A DNA stretch of 64,000 nucleotides from Patescibacteria group bacterium (GCA_034678605.1 JAXDBQ010000039.1:65172-129171), one strand, 5' to 3'. Positions 25,426-35,064 are shown, counted from the first letter of the stretch. Notes: generated by a model not told the origin, from the sequence alone. Numbers and translations are program-made.

Positions 25426-25503
25426 TTATATCCTCGATTTAAATCATAGCATAAATTAATAAATTTGTCAAGGTTGACCATAAGCTAAAATTAGGGTAAA
25501 TAT

Positions 25504-25845
25504 ATGGAGTGTGTGTTTTGTGAAATTATCGGCAAAAAGATTCCGGCCACGATTTTGCTGGAAAACGATGCGGTTTTGGCGTTCGAGAACATCAAGCCGG
25601 TGCATCCGGTCCATGTTTTGATAATTCCCAAAAAACACATCGCCAACATCCAAGAGACGGATGCGGCCGACAAAGATGATCTGGCGCAGATGATGCTGGC
25701 GGTTTCGAAGATCGCCAAGATCAAGGGTGTGGATGAAACCGGCTATCGTTTGATCGTGAATTGCGGCAAGGATTCGGGGCAGAGCGTCGATCATTTGCAC
25801 ATTCATCTTGTGGGTGGCCAAGAACTGCCCTTTGCTACCGGATAG
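25504..25845 (+). CDS. HIT-family nucleotide hydrolase
   Basis: It carries the histidine triad HLHIHLVGG and the N-terminal CVFCEII motif. Confidence 0.9.
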   Translation: MECVFCEIIGKKIPATILLENDAVLAFENIKPVHPVHVLIIPKKHIANIQETDAADKDDLAQMMLAVSKIAKIKGVDETGYRLIVNCGKDSGQSVDHLHIHLVGGQELPFATG

Positions 25846-25904
25846 AATTTTGCATTTGTATTTTACTCATTAACTCAAAACTAATAAACTAATCAACTAT
25901 TCAT

Positions 25905-26120
25905 ATGGCTCTCGAAATCAGGAAAAAACAACGGGAAAACGCCCAAGCGATGCTGCGGCGGTTTCAAAAAGCGGTTCAGCAAAGCGGAATTTTGCTGGAA
26001 AAGCGGCGCCGGCAGTTCGTCAAGCGGACAAAATCGGCCAATATGCAAAAACGGTCCGCCTTGCGCAAGGCCGAGACCCGGAAAAAATACGAGCTGATCA
26101 AGAAAATGAAGAAAGCTTAA
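25905..26120 (+). CDS. rpsU: 30S ribosomal protein S21
   Basis: 71 aa, basic, with LRRFQKAVQQSGIL...KRRRQF..KRTKSAN..KR. Confidence 0.9.
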   Translation: MALEIRKKQRENAQAMLRRFQKAVQQSGILLEKRRRQFVKRTKSANMQKRSALRKAETRKKYELIKKMKKA

Positions 26121-26191
26121 TTTATGAATAATGATTTAAGATTTATGAATAAATTCAAAATTCTTAAATCTTAAATCTTAAATCATAAATC
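26121..26191. repeat. AT-rich GATTTA/TAAATC palindrome
   Basis: The arm tttatgaataatgatttaagatttatgaat is paired with attcttaaatcttaaatcttaaatcataaatc. Confidence 0.8.
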
Positions 26192-26197
26192 AGGATT

Positions 26198-26677
26198 TTG
26201 ATGTTGAAGGATAAGATAAATGAGGATTTTAAAATCGCGTTCAAGGAAAAACGCGACCGCGAGGTTTCGGTTTTGAAAATGCTCAAGGCCGCGTTTTTGA
26301 ACAAGGAAAAAGAAAAGGAATACCAAACCAACAAGGCGGGCAAGGACGCGGCGCTGGCCGCGCTCACCGAAGAGGAAATGACCGGCGTGGTTGCCTCCGA
26401 AGTGAAAAAACTGCGGGATTCGTTGGCAATGTTTGAGCAAGGCGGCCGGGCCGACTTGGCCGAAGGCGCCAAAAAAGAGATCGAAATTTTGCTTCGCTAC
26501 CTGCCTGAGCAATTGACCGAGGATGAATTGAAAAAATTGGTGGCCGAAGCCGTGGCGCAATCCGGGGCGCAGACCGCCAAGGACATGGGCAAAGTGATGG
26601 CGGCGTTGATGCCCAAAGTGAAAGGCAAAGCCGACAGCAGCTTGGTGAGCCGGCTGGTGAAAGAAACATTGGGTTAA
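26198..26677 (+). CDS. yqeY: GatB/YqeY domain protein
   Basis: It has MLKDKINEDFKIAFKEK...LKMLKAAF at the N-terminus and GKVMAALMPKVKGKAD at the C-terminus. Confidence 0.85.
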   Translation: MMLKDKINEDFKIAFKEKRDREVSVLKMLKAAFLNKEKEKEYQTNKAGKDAALAALTEEEMTGVVASEVKKLRDSLAMFEQGGRADLAEGAKKEIEILLRYLPEQLTEDELKKLVAEAVAQSGAQTAKDMGKVMAALMPKVKGKADSSLVSRLVKETLG

Positions 26678-26683
26678 TTATCG

Positions 26684-26725
26684 CACGGGGGCGAATGATT
26701 ATTCGCCCCTACAAATGCAAAAATA
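26684..26725. repeat. GC-rich REP, single hairpin
   Basis: The sequence is caCGGGGGCGAATgatTATTCGCCCCTACaaatgcaaaaatac. Confidence 0.85.
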
Positions 26726-26979
26726 CGGAATAAAAAGCGGGGAGGCCCGTTTTTTTGATTTGGGGGCGGAAAATGTTATGATGAGCGCATATGGATACAG
26801 ACGGGCTGCCGCCGGAAAGCGGTAAAAAATCGCTGTGCCGTTGCCGTTGCCGGATATTGGCCGCGTTGGCGGTGTTTTTGGCGGCGGTGGGCGGGGCGAT
26901 TTGGATGCTGGCGGCGGTTGCCGATTGATCAGGGTTGGATTGCGCGAAACAAAAAAATTGTTTGGATTGTAAAATTATT

Positions 26980-27582
26980 ATGGCATTATTGGCGAAAAAC
27001 AGGGCGGTTTCGATTTTGTTGGCGCTGGGAGCGTTTTTTTTGGCCGGGTTTTGGCTGCTGGAGCGGTTCGATCTTTCTTGGGCGCAAAATAGCGCGGTTG
27101 ACGATTGGAAAGAATTTGCCGAAGACCGGCACGGATTTTCAATTTTGTATCCCCAAAATTGGGCTTTTGATATCAGTTATGATAATTATTCGTCGGGTTT
27201 GCTGGCGGCCAAAATCGAGAACAAAAAATGTGAAATTAATTCAAGCCAATGCGCGGCCGGTTGCGTTGATATTCGCATGCTGTCCGGCAAAAAGAATTTG
27301 GAAAGCGGCGCGTCGGCGCTGTTGGTGCAACTCTATGAAAACTTTATGATGGTGCGCGATTTTCCTTCGGCGCCGTTGGTCCAGATTGTCGATATCGGCG
27401 GCAAAAAAGTTTTCAAGGTGGCCGATGAGCAGGCAACATTGGCGCTTAACGGAAATTGCCCCGGGCCGCTTTATGTTTTTGAAACCCAAAACCATTTTGT
27501 TTATGTTTTTGTCGGCAATGGCGCCGATGCCGGCGCTTTGATCGAGGTCGATAAGATCATCGGGTCGATCAATGTCGATTGA
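26980..27582 (+). CDS. secreted hypothetical protein
   Basis: It has the signal/anchor ALLAKNRAVSILLALGAFFLAGFWLL, and the rest has no known motif. Confidence 0.45.
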   Translation: MALLAKNRAVSILLALGAFFLAGFWLLERFDLSWAQNSAVDDWKEFAEDRHGFSILYPQNWAFDISYDNYSSGLLAAKIENKKCEINSSQCAAGCVDIRMLSGKKNLESGASALLVQLYENFMMVRDFPSAPLVQIVDIGGKKVFKVADEQATLALNGNCPGPLYVFETQNHFVYVFVGNGADAGALIEVDKIIGSINVD

Positions 27583-27753
27583 CCGCGTCGCCTATTTTTT
27601 TAGCGGACATTTGTTAAAATAAATTGAAGAAGTCGTGAATTGAATAAGATGAGAGCGTTGAATAATTGATTTCGCGGACTATTTTAAACTTGACGAATCC
27701 GTGGAAATGGCAAAATTCGGCAATTATTCAACGCTCTAAAGATTGTTATTTTC

Positions 27754-27978
27754 ATGGAAAACAAACAAAACGGATTTTTGTTTTTCGCATCATTGGTGAT
27801 CTTGCTGTCGCTGGCCGCGGTTTGGGCCGGCATTTGGGCTTATAACGAGCGCCAAAAACTGCCGCAAGGGGAAGAGTCATTGCCAAACGCGGAAAAATCC
27901 GCCGCGCCGGCGCCGCTTGCCGGCAGCCAAGAAACCGCCACTTCGGCATTGCCGGCCGAACCGCTGCCGCCGCAATAA
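27754..27978 (+). CDS. small membrane-anchored protein with Pro/Ala-rich tail
   Basis: It has an N-terminal TM segment FLFFASLVILLSLAAVWAGIWAY, and a terminator follows immediately. Confidence 0.35.
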   Translation: MENKQNGFLFFASLVILLSLAAVWAGIWAYNERQKLPQGEESLPNAEKSAAPAPLAGSQETATSALPAEPLPPQ

Positions 27979-28001
27979 AATTCCGCGCGGCGGCTTTTTT
28001 T
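27966..28001 (+). terminator. intrinsic terminator
   Basis: GCCGCCGC-13 nt-GCGGCGGC is followed by T7. A second 12-bp perfect hairpin AGGGTTAGCAAT-cgca-ATTGCTAACCCT lies at about 28017-28044. Confidence 0.65.
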
Positions 28002-28142
28002 ACTAACCCATTATAGAGGGTTAGCAATCGCAATTGCTAACCCTTTGCGACGGGTTAAAAATGTGTCGATAGCAAGTACATATTTTAATGAAAAATTTAA
28101 TAGCAGCATATAATTTATCATGAGTGGATCGAATACTTTTTA

Positions 28143-28979
28143 ATGCGTAAAATTATGAAACAAAATCAAAATGGGTTTGCGGCAATGATCGCGGTGCTGG
28201 TCGTTGCGGCGGCATTGGTAGCCGGCGCCGGAGTTTATTTTTACCAAACGCAAGTTGATCAGTCAAAGCCGGCGCCCGCGGTTCAAAAAATCAAAAACCC
28301 GCCGGTTGTGGGTAAAAAAGAGGTTGAAACAAAGAAAGAATCGGGAGTTATTATTGTTAAAGATAAGGGGCAATCTGATAGCAATATTGAATACGAAATG
28401 ATAAAGAATGAAAGAGGATTTGAATTTCCGGAAATCACCGATTTTAAAGATGAAAATGTTAAAAATAAGATAAATCGGCGGATTAAAGAAGCAACTTCCG
28501 ATTTTTGCGAATGTTTATCGGAAGATTGCCAAGTTAAAATCGAAGTAGTGCACGACTTGAATTATATTTTTAGTATAAATGTTTCCGCGATTTGGTATTG
28601 TAAGGGTTATTTGCATGATGCGAGGGTTTTTGAAGGTTTGGTTTTTGATATGAAAACCGGCAATCAAATTAAACTCGAAGATATTTTTGATATGCGCGAC
28701 GATAGGGGTATCTTAAAATTGAACAATGAGGTTATCGCTTTATTGGCAAAATACGCGCAAGATATAAATTGGGAAAATAATGATATGTGTAAAGACGAAT
28801 ATAAGGAAGAATTTTTGAGGCAATATTTTTATTCGTATTATATTTCCGGCAATAACATTATTTTTATTCCCAATATGGCATCGGCAAGTTGGGGTTGCAC
28901 AAATGACATTGTTGTTCCGATCAAAGAAATTCTTCCCATGGCGCGGGCGGGCGGTATTTTGTCGGGATTGGTTAATTAA
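28143..28979 (+). CDS. membrane-anchored protein, possibly DUF4163/DUF3298-like (RsiV/PdaC-type fold)
   Basis: It has an N-terminal TM segment. The patterns FPEITDFKDENVKNKINRRI and VFDMKTGNQIKLEDIF recall those domains, but the match is weak and from memory. Confidence 0.4.
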   Translation: MRKIMKQNQNGFAAMIAVLVVAAALVAGAGVYFYQTQVDQSKPAPAVQKIKNPPVVGKKEVETKKESGVIIVKDKGQSDSNIEYEMIKNERGFEFPEITDFKDENVKNKINRRIKEATSDFCECLSEDCQVKIEVVHDLNYIFSINVSAIWYCKGYLHDARVFEGLVFDMKTGNQIKLEDIFDMRDDRGILKLNNEVIALLAKYAQDINWENNDMCKDEYKEEFLRQYFYSYYISGNNIIFIPNMASASWGCTNDIVVPIKEILPMARAGGILSGLVN

Positions 28980-29068
28980 TGTTGTTTGGTTTTTTGGAGC
29001 TGGAAATATTCCGGTTTTTGGTTTTGGGGTGATGGTGGTAGAATGGAGATGTAAGGGGTATAAAAGAT

Positions 29069-29704
29069 ATGGGCAGGAGGAAAAAGAAAAAAGGGGATTT
29101 TAATTTTATTTTGGGGCTGGCGGCGCTGGTTGTTTTTGGTTGGATTGGAATTGATCTTTATTTTAATTATCAAAAGCGGTCCCAAAAAGAGAGCGTGCCG
29201 CCCGCGATAGTTGCCGAGCCGGAGCAAAAACAGGAATCGGTTCAAGTGGCGGAAGCGCCGGCGGTTGAATTGGAAAGCGGTTTTAAATTGGAAACTTGGC
29301 GCGACGATCGTTATGGATTTGAATTTCAATATCCGATAACGGCGGCGGTCGATGCGCGCTGTCCGAAATTGGAGAAAACTGAAAATGGGTTTGCCGTCGG
29401 TGCGTTTTCGTTGATCGCCGCCGGCAAGCAGGGGACGCTGGCCGATTATATTGATCGCCAGTTGGAAGGCATGGAAGTTGAAACGCGGGAAAATTTGACG
29501 GTGGCCGGCCAAGCCGCGGTGAAAGTCAATTATCAGACGCCGGGAATGGGGTGGTATGGCAGTTCGGTTTTCTTGGAGGGCAAAACCAAATTTTTTGAAT
29601 TTGGCTTGCTGGCCAACGAAGCCGGTGATAAGTGCGGCGGGATTGATGACTATGAAGATCGGGTATATCAATCAATGATTTCCACCTTAAAATTTGCCGA
29701 TTGA
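29069..29704 (+). CDS. membrane-anchored hypothetical protein
   Basis: It has an N-terminal TM segment FNFILGLAALVVFGWIGIDLYF and no known motif. Confidence 0.45.
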   Translation: MGRRKKKKGDFNFILGLAALVVFGWIGIDLYFNYQKRSQKESVPPAIVAEPEQKQESVQVAEAPAVELESGFKLETWRDDRYGFEFQYPITAAVDARCPKLEKTENGFAVGAFSLIAAGKQGTLADYIDRQLEGMEVETRENLTVAGQAAVKVNYQTPGMGWYGSSVFLEGKTKFFEFGLLANEAGDKCGGIDDYEDRVYQSMISTLKFAD

Positions 29705-29767
29705 GACGGCGCGGCCAAGGGGCGATTGCGTTTGCCTTTTTTGTTTGTTAAAATGAGTTATTGGGCG

Positions 29768-30259
29768 ATGGAAATAAATATCGAGATCAACAATTTGACC
29801 AAAACGCCGGTTCCGGCTGGATTGATCAAAAAAGCGGCGCGGATCGCGATCGAAAGCGAATTAAAGGACAAATCGCCCAAATCGCCGATTGAGGTTTCGG
29901 TGGCGTGCGTGGGGCCGCGAAAAATTCGCCGTTTGAACAAAGAGCATCGCCAAATTGATCATACCACCGATGTCCTATCGTTTAGTCAAGGCGATGGCTT
30001 GGAGAGAAAAGATGGTTTGCCGATGGTTTTGGGCGAATTGATAATTTGTCCGGCAGTGGTTAAAAAAGATGCCCAAGAAGTCGGGATAAGTTTTTCCCGC
30101 CAGATGGGCTGGGTGGCGGTTCATGGCATATTGCATTTGCTGGGTTATGACCATGAAAGAGATGAGGCCGCGGCGCGCCGGATGCGCCAAAAAGAAGAAT
30201 TCTACCTTTCAAAATTAAAAATTGAGAATGAAAAAGGAAAAACGAAAATTAAAAATTGA
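29768..30259 (+). CDS. ybeY: rRNA maturation endoribonuclease YbeY
   Basis: It carries the zinc motif HGILHLLGYDHE. The start is taken at MEINIEINN. Confidence 0.88.
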   Translation: MEINIEINNLTKTPVPAGLIKKAARIAIESELKDKSPKSPIEVSVACVGPRKIRRLNKEHRQIDHTTDVLSFSQGDGLERKDGLPMVLGELIICPAVVKKDAQEVGISFSRQMGWVAVHGILHLLGYDHERDEAAARRMRQKEEFYLSKLKIENEKGKTKIKN

Positions 30260-30337
30260 AAATTGAGATCTGTGTTTTTCGTTTTTGCTTTTTAATTGTC
30301 GTTTTTAAGTTTTCATTTTTCCTTTTTAATTTGAAAC

Positions 30338-31561
30338 ATGGCTAAATTTCCAATATTGGTAACCGGCTTGGATGTCGGCACCGGTTCGGTTAAAATGGTG
30401 GTGGCGCAAAAGAAGTCCGCGGACGGCGGGTTGGAAACTCTTTACGCGGGTTGCCGGCCGGCGCGGGGAGTGCGCCGGGGCGTGGTGGTGGACATTGAAG
30501 CGGCGGCAAGATCGGTTCAGGAAATCGTCAAAGACGCGGAATTGGCGGTGGGCCGCGAGTTGGAAAGCGCGCATATCGGAGTTAATGGCAGCCATATATT
30601 TTGCACTCAATCGCGCGGATTGGTGTCGGTGTCGCGCGCCGACGGCAATATTTCGGCCGAAGACGTTGATCGGGTTTTGCAGGCGGCGCGCACGATTTCG
30701 CTGTCGTCAAATAAAGAAATCGTCGACGTTTATCCGCGGGAATTCGCGGTTGACGGCGAATCGGGAGTTAAGGACGCGGTGGGAATGAAAGGGGTGCGCT
30801 TGGAGGCCGAAACATTGATCGTGGCCGGATTCTCGCCTTATTTGCGCAATTCCGATCAGGCGGTTTTGCGCGGCGGTTTGGAGGTGGGCAACCGCGCGCC
30901 GGCGGTGATCGCGGCCGCGACGGCGGTGTTGTCGGATCAGCAAAAAGAATTGGGATCGGCGGTGTTGGACATTGGCGCGGGAACCACCGGATTGGCGGTT
31001 TACGAAGAGGGTGATTTGTCGCATTTGGCGATATTCCCGGTGGGGTCGTCGCATATCACCAATGATATTGCCATTGGCGCCAAGATTGACGTGGCCACGG
31101 CCGAGCGGCTCAAGATCGAAAAAGGAATTTGCGTTTTCAAGGGCGCGGACAAAAAGATAAAATTGGGTGATGGCGGCCAACCGGGAGCAAGCGCGGTTTT
31201 TTCGCAAAGATTGATCGCTCGAATAATCCAAGAGAGAGTGGCCGAAATTTTTGATTTGGCCAACAAGGAATTGAAAAAGATCGGCCGCGAAAAACGTTTG
31301 CCGGCAGGGGTAGTTTTAACTGGCGGCGGGGTGAAATTGGGGCATATCGACGAGATTGCCAAAAAAACCTTTCAATTGACCGTGGGCATCGGCGCGCCGC
31401 GGGATTTTGAAAACATTGATCAAGATCCGGTATTGGCCACGGCTTGCGGCTTGGCGATGTTGGCGTGGAAGGAACAGGAAGAGGAAAGCGCGGCGTCGCC
31501 CCGTTTTTCCGGGAGCGGCTGGAACAGGGTGAAGCGGTTTTTCAAGATATTTGTTCCATAA
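30338..31561 (+). CDS. ftsA: cell division protein FtsA
   Basis: 407 aa with an actin-like fold (VTGLDVGTGSVKMVVA, VLDIGAGTTGLAVY, VVLTGGGVKL) and a C-terminal amphipathic end WNRVKRFFKIFV. Confidence 0.9.
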   Translation: MAKFPILVTGLDVGTGSVKMVVAQKKSADGGLETLYAGCRPARGVRRGVVVDIEAAARSVQEIVKDAELAVGRELESAHIGVNGSHIFCTQSRGLVSVSRADGNISAEDVDRVLQAARTISLSSNKEIVDVYPREFAVDGESGVKDAVGMKGVRLEAETLIVAGFSPYLRNSDQAVLRGGLEVGNRAPAVIAAATAVLSDQQKELGSAVLDIGAGTTGLAVYEEGDLSHLAIFPVGSSHITNDIAIGAKIDVATAERLKIEKGICVFKGADKKIKLGDGGQPGASAVFSQRLIARIIQERVAEIFDLANKELKKIGREKRLPAGVVLTGGGVKLGHIDEIAKKTFQLTVGIGAPRDFENIDQDPVLATACGLAMLAWKEQEEESAASPRFSGSGWNRVKRFFKIFVP

Positions 31562-31634
31562 TTTGTTGGCAATTTCGCGGAAATGATTATTTTGCGAGGA
31601 GGAAATTAAGTCAAAAGTCAAAATTCAAAAGTCT

Positions 31635-31664
31635 GCGCCACAGGCGCATCCGTCCTTTGGCGGA
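31635..31664 (+). promoter_or_regulatory. two-hairpin module GCGCC-nnn-GGCGC-A-TCCGyC-cttt-GGCGGA (copy upstream of ftsZ)
   Basis: The same module recurs at 43817-43846 and 54583-54612. An inverted, covarying copy lies at 31704-31736. Confidence 0.6.
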
Positions 31665-31771
31665 AAAATTTCAAGCCAAAAGTTAAAAAGTTTTTAGTTG
31701 CGGTTTTCCCGCCGGAGGCGGGTGCGCCTTAGGCGCGGACATTTTGGTTTTGAGATTTGAGATGATTTTTC

Positions 31772-32701
31772 ATGTTTAATCCAATCAATATAAAAGTGAT
31801 CGGGGTGGGGGGATCGGGAAGTAATGCCATCGACCGAATGGCCAAGGATCGGATTCGCGGGGTTGAGCTAATCGCTTTGAATTCCGATTATCAAGATCTC
31901 AAAAAAATTAATGCCGATGTTAAAATCCAGATCGGGCGGAAATTGACCCAGGGATTGGGCACGGGAATGAATCCGGAATTGGGGCGCAAGGCGGCCGAAG
32001 AACAGCGCGAAGAGATAAAAAAAGCGGTAGCGGGCGCGGGCATGGTTTTTGTGGCGTGCGGCATGGGCGGCGGCACGGGTTCGGGCGCGGCGCCGGTGAT
32101 CGCCGAAATTGCCAAAAGTTCGGGCGCGCTCACGGTGGCGGTGGCGACCCGGCCGTTTTCGTTTGAAGGCGCTTATCGGCAAAAAATTGCCCAGGAAAGT
32201 TTGGACGCCATTAAAAACAAAGTCGACTCGTTGATCTCGATCTCCAACGATAAGTTGCTGGCGACATTGAATCCCAATGTCACTTTGGCCAACGCGTTTT
32301 GGATTTGCGACGAGATTTTGCGCCAGGCGGTGCAAAGCATTTCGGACTTGGTGTTATTGCCGGGAATTATCAATGTGGATTTTGCCGATGTGCGCTCGAT
32401 TTTGAAAGATTCGGGAAGAGCGATTTTTGGCATCGGCCGGGCCAAAGGCGACAAGCGGGCCGAAGCGGCGGCGCGCGCGGCCGTCGAATCGCCGTTGTTT
32501 GATGTGCCGGCGCGAGGCGCCAAAGGCGTGTTGTTCAATGTTTCCGGCGGACCGGATATTAGCTTGTCCGAAGTTGAAGAAGCGGCCAAGATCATCACCT
32601 CCGAGATCAATTCCCAGGCCAAAGTGATTTTTGGCGCGGTGCACGATCCCAGTTTGCCCAAGGGCGAGATCAAGATCACGGTGGTGGCCACCGGTTTCTG
32701 A
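31772..32701 (+). CDS. ftsZ: cell division GTPase FtsZ (core only, no C-terminal tail)
   Basis: 309 aa with the tubulin signature GGGTGSGAAPVIAEIAK. It ends ...KITVVATGF* right at the end of the globular core. Confidence 0.93.
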   Translation: MFNPINIKVIGVGGSGSNAIDRMAKDRIRGVELIALNSDYQDLKKINADVKIQIGRKLTQGLGTGMNPELGRKAAEEQREEIKKAVAGAGMVFVACGMGGGTGSGAAPVIAEIAKSSGALTVAVATRPFSFEGAYRQKIAQESLDAIKNKVDSLISISNDKLLATLNPNVTLANAFWICDEILRQAVQSISDLVLLPGIINVDFADVRSILKDSGRAIFGIGRAKGDKRAEAAARAAVESPLFDVPARGAKGVLFNVSGGPDISLSEVEEAAKIITSEINSQAKVIFGAVHDPSLPKGEIKITVVATGF

Positions 32702-32840
32702 AAAAAATCCTAAATCCTAAATCCTAAAATCTAAACAAATCAAAAATCCAAAATTAAAAATTCAAAATAAATGCGTAAATTTTTTTCATTTTGGATTTTT
32801 AGTTTTGAATTTGTTTAGGATTTAGAATTTATAATTTGTG
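32702..32840. repeat. AT-rich palindrome built of AAATCC/GGATTT words
   Basis: The arm atcctaaatcctaaatcctaaaatctaaacaaatcaaaaatccaaaat is paired with attttggatttttagttttgaatttgtttaggatttagaatt. Confidence 0.8.
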
Positions 32841-32842
32841 AT

Positions 32843-32899
32843 TTGACGGATTTTGAGGGTGGGGTAGAATGGATATTGTCTTTCAAATTTAAACAATAT
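32843..32899 (+). promoter_or_regulatory. candidate nrdD promoter plus downstream inverted repeat
   Basis: TTGACG (32843-48), a 16-nt spacer and TAGAAT (32865-70) are followed by ATATTGT-13 nt-ACAATAT (32873-32899). Confidence 0.45.
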
Positions 32900-32949
32900 T
32901 TTCCGGTTTGCGCCCCGCGCGGATCGGATTTTAAATCATTAAAGGTATT

Positions 32950-35064
32950 ATGGAAAATAGAATTACCAAAGTTCAAAAAAGGGACGGGCGGATCGTCGAT
33001 TTTGATTTTAATCGAATCATCAGCGCGATTTTCAAGGCGGTTACCGCCACGGGCCATGGCGACGAAGTCAAAGCCAAAAAGATTGCCGATGAAGTTTTAA
33101 AAATTTTCAACCGGCGGTTTAAAAACGACGGCATCCCCAACGTGGAACAGATTCAAGATATTATTGAAGAGGTCTTGATTATGGACGGATTGGTGGACAC
33201 GGCCAAATCATACATTCTTTACCGCGAACAGCGACGGCGCATTCGCGACGCGGCCGTGGCCAGCGACGAGGCGGTGGAAAAAGTGGATCAATATTTGGAA
33301 AAATTGGATTGGGAAGTGCAGGAAAACGCCAACATGGCTTTTTCGCTGCAAGGATTGAACCATTACGGCGTGTCCTATATCGTGAAAAGGTATTGGCTCA
33401 ACAAGATCTATCCCAAAGAGATTCGCGACGCCAACGAATCCGGCGATTTCCATTTGCACAACCTTGACTCGCTGGCGCCTTATTGTTCGGGCTGGGATCT
33501 ATATGACTTTTTGAAGCGGGGATTCGGCGGCGTGCCGGGAAAATTAGAGTCCGAACCGCCCAAGCATTTCCGCACGGTTTTGGGCCAGGCGGTGAATTTC
33601 ATCTACACCTTGGCCGGGGAAGTGGCCGGGGCGGTGAGTTTTTCCAATTTCGACACTTTGGTGGCGCCGTTCATCCGCTATGACGGGTTGAGTTATTCCC
33701 AAGTGAAGCAGGCGATGCAGGAATTTTTGTTTAACATGGCCACGCCCACGCGCGTGGGTTTCCAGTGCCCGTTCTCCAACGTGACTTTAGATCTGACGCC
33801 GGCGCCGTCGTTTGCCAAACAGCCGGTGATCATCGGCGGCCAGCCGCAAAACGAGGTCTATGGCGATTTTCAGGAAGAGATGAATATGTTTAACCGCGCG
33901 TTTTACGAAGTGATGTTGGAAGGCGATAAGAATCAGCGGGTGTTCACGTTTCCGATCCCCACGGTGAGTATCACCAAGAATTTCGATTGGGACAATCCCA
34001 ATTTGGAGCCGATGTGGGAGGCCACCGCCAAATACGGCATCAACTATTTCACCAATTATGTCAATTCGGACATGAATCCCGAGGACGTGCGGTCGATGTG
34101 CTGTCGTTTGCGGCTTGATCTCACCGAATTGCACAACCGCGGCGGCGGGTTGTTCGGCGCCGGCGCGCTCACCGGATCGATTGGCGTGGTGACGATCAAT
34201 ATGCCGCGCATCGGCTATTTGTCCAAAACCAAAAAAGAATTTTTCGCGCGGCTTGAGCATTTGATGGATTTGGCCAAGGAGAGTTTGGAATTGAAGCGCA
34301 AGGTGATCGAAAACTATATCGAAAAGGGCTTGTATCCCTATTCGCGCCATTATCTTTCCAATATCAAAAAAGCCCGGGGCGCGTATTACGGCAATCATTT
34401 TTCCACGATCGGGTTGAGCGGGATGAACGAGATGCTGGTGAACTTTTTGGGCGAAAACATCGCGTCCAAAAAAGGCCGGGCGTTCGCGCTGGAAGTGATG
34501 GATTTTATGCGCGACCGGATGTTGGAATACCAGCGCGAAACCGGCAATATCTATAATTTGGAAGCCACGCCCGCCGAATCCACTTCCTACCGCTTGTGCT
34601 TGAAAGACAAGGCCAAATATCCCGACATTGCCGCGGCCGGCACCAAAAAAAGCCCGTATTACACCAATTCCAGCCAACTGCCGGTGAATTTTACCGACGA
34701 TGTGTTCGAGGCGCTCAAACTGCAGGACGACATCCAGTGCCGCTATAACGGCGGCACGGTGCAGCACTTGTTTTTGGGCGAGCGGTTGAGCGACACCGCC
34801 AGCGTGAAGGCCTTGGTGAAAAAAGTGTTCGAAAAATTCAAATTGCCCTATATCACTCTCACGCCCACATTCTCGATCTGCCCCACGCACGGTTACATCG
34901 AAGGCGAACACTTCAAATGCCCCAAGTGCACCATTGAACAGCCCTGCGAAGTGTACACCCGCGTGGTGGGTTATCTGCGGCCCGTGGGCCAATTCAATGT
35001 GGGCAAACAGCAAGAATACAAAGACCGCAAAGAATACCGCGTCAAAAAAGAATCCCTGGCGTAA
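32950..35064 (+). CDS. nrdD: anaerobic ribonucleoside-triphosphate reductase
   Basis: 704 aa with an N-terminal ATP-cone (ITKVQKRDGRIVDFD), a C-terminal Zn site CPTHG..CPKC and the glycyl-radical region RVVGYLRP. Confidence 0.93.
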   Translation: MENRITKVQKRDGRIVDFDFNRIISAIFKAVTATGHGDEVKAKKIADEVLKIFNRRFKNDGIPNVEQIQDIIEEVLIMDGLVDTAKSYILYREQRRRIRDAAVASDEAVEKVDQYLEKLDWEVQENANMAFSLQGLNHYGVSYIVKRYWLNKIYPKEIRDANESGDFHLHNLDSLAPYCSGWDLYDFLKRGFGGVPGKLESEPPKHFRTVLGQAVNFIYTLAGEVAGAVSFSNFDTLVAPFIRYDGLSYSQVKQAMQEFLFNMATPTRVGFQCPFSNVTLDLTPAPSFAKQPVIIGGQPQNEVYGDFQEEMNMFNRAFYEVMLEGDKNQRVFTFPIPTVSITKNFDWDNPNLEPMWEATAKYGINYFTNYVNSDMNPEDVRSMCCRLRLDLTELHNRGGGLFGAGALTGSIGVVTINMPRIGYLSKTKKEFFARLEHLMDLAKESLELKRKVIENYIEKGLYPYSRHYLSNIKKARGAYYGNHFSTIGLSGMNEMLVNFLGENIASKKGRAFALEVMDFMRDRMLEYQRETGNIYNLEATPAESTSYRLCLKDKAKYPDIAAAGTKKSPYYTNSSQLPVNFTDDVFEALKLQDDIQCRYNGGTVQHLFLGERLSDTASVKALVKKVFEKFKLPYITLTPTFSICPTHGYIEGEHFKCPKCTIEQPCEVYTRVVGYLRPVGQFNVGKQQEYKDRKEYRVKKESLA

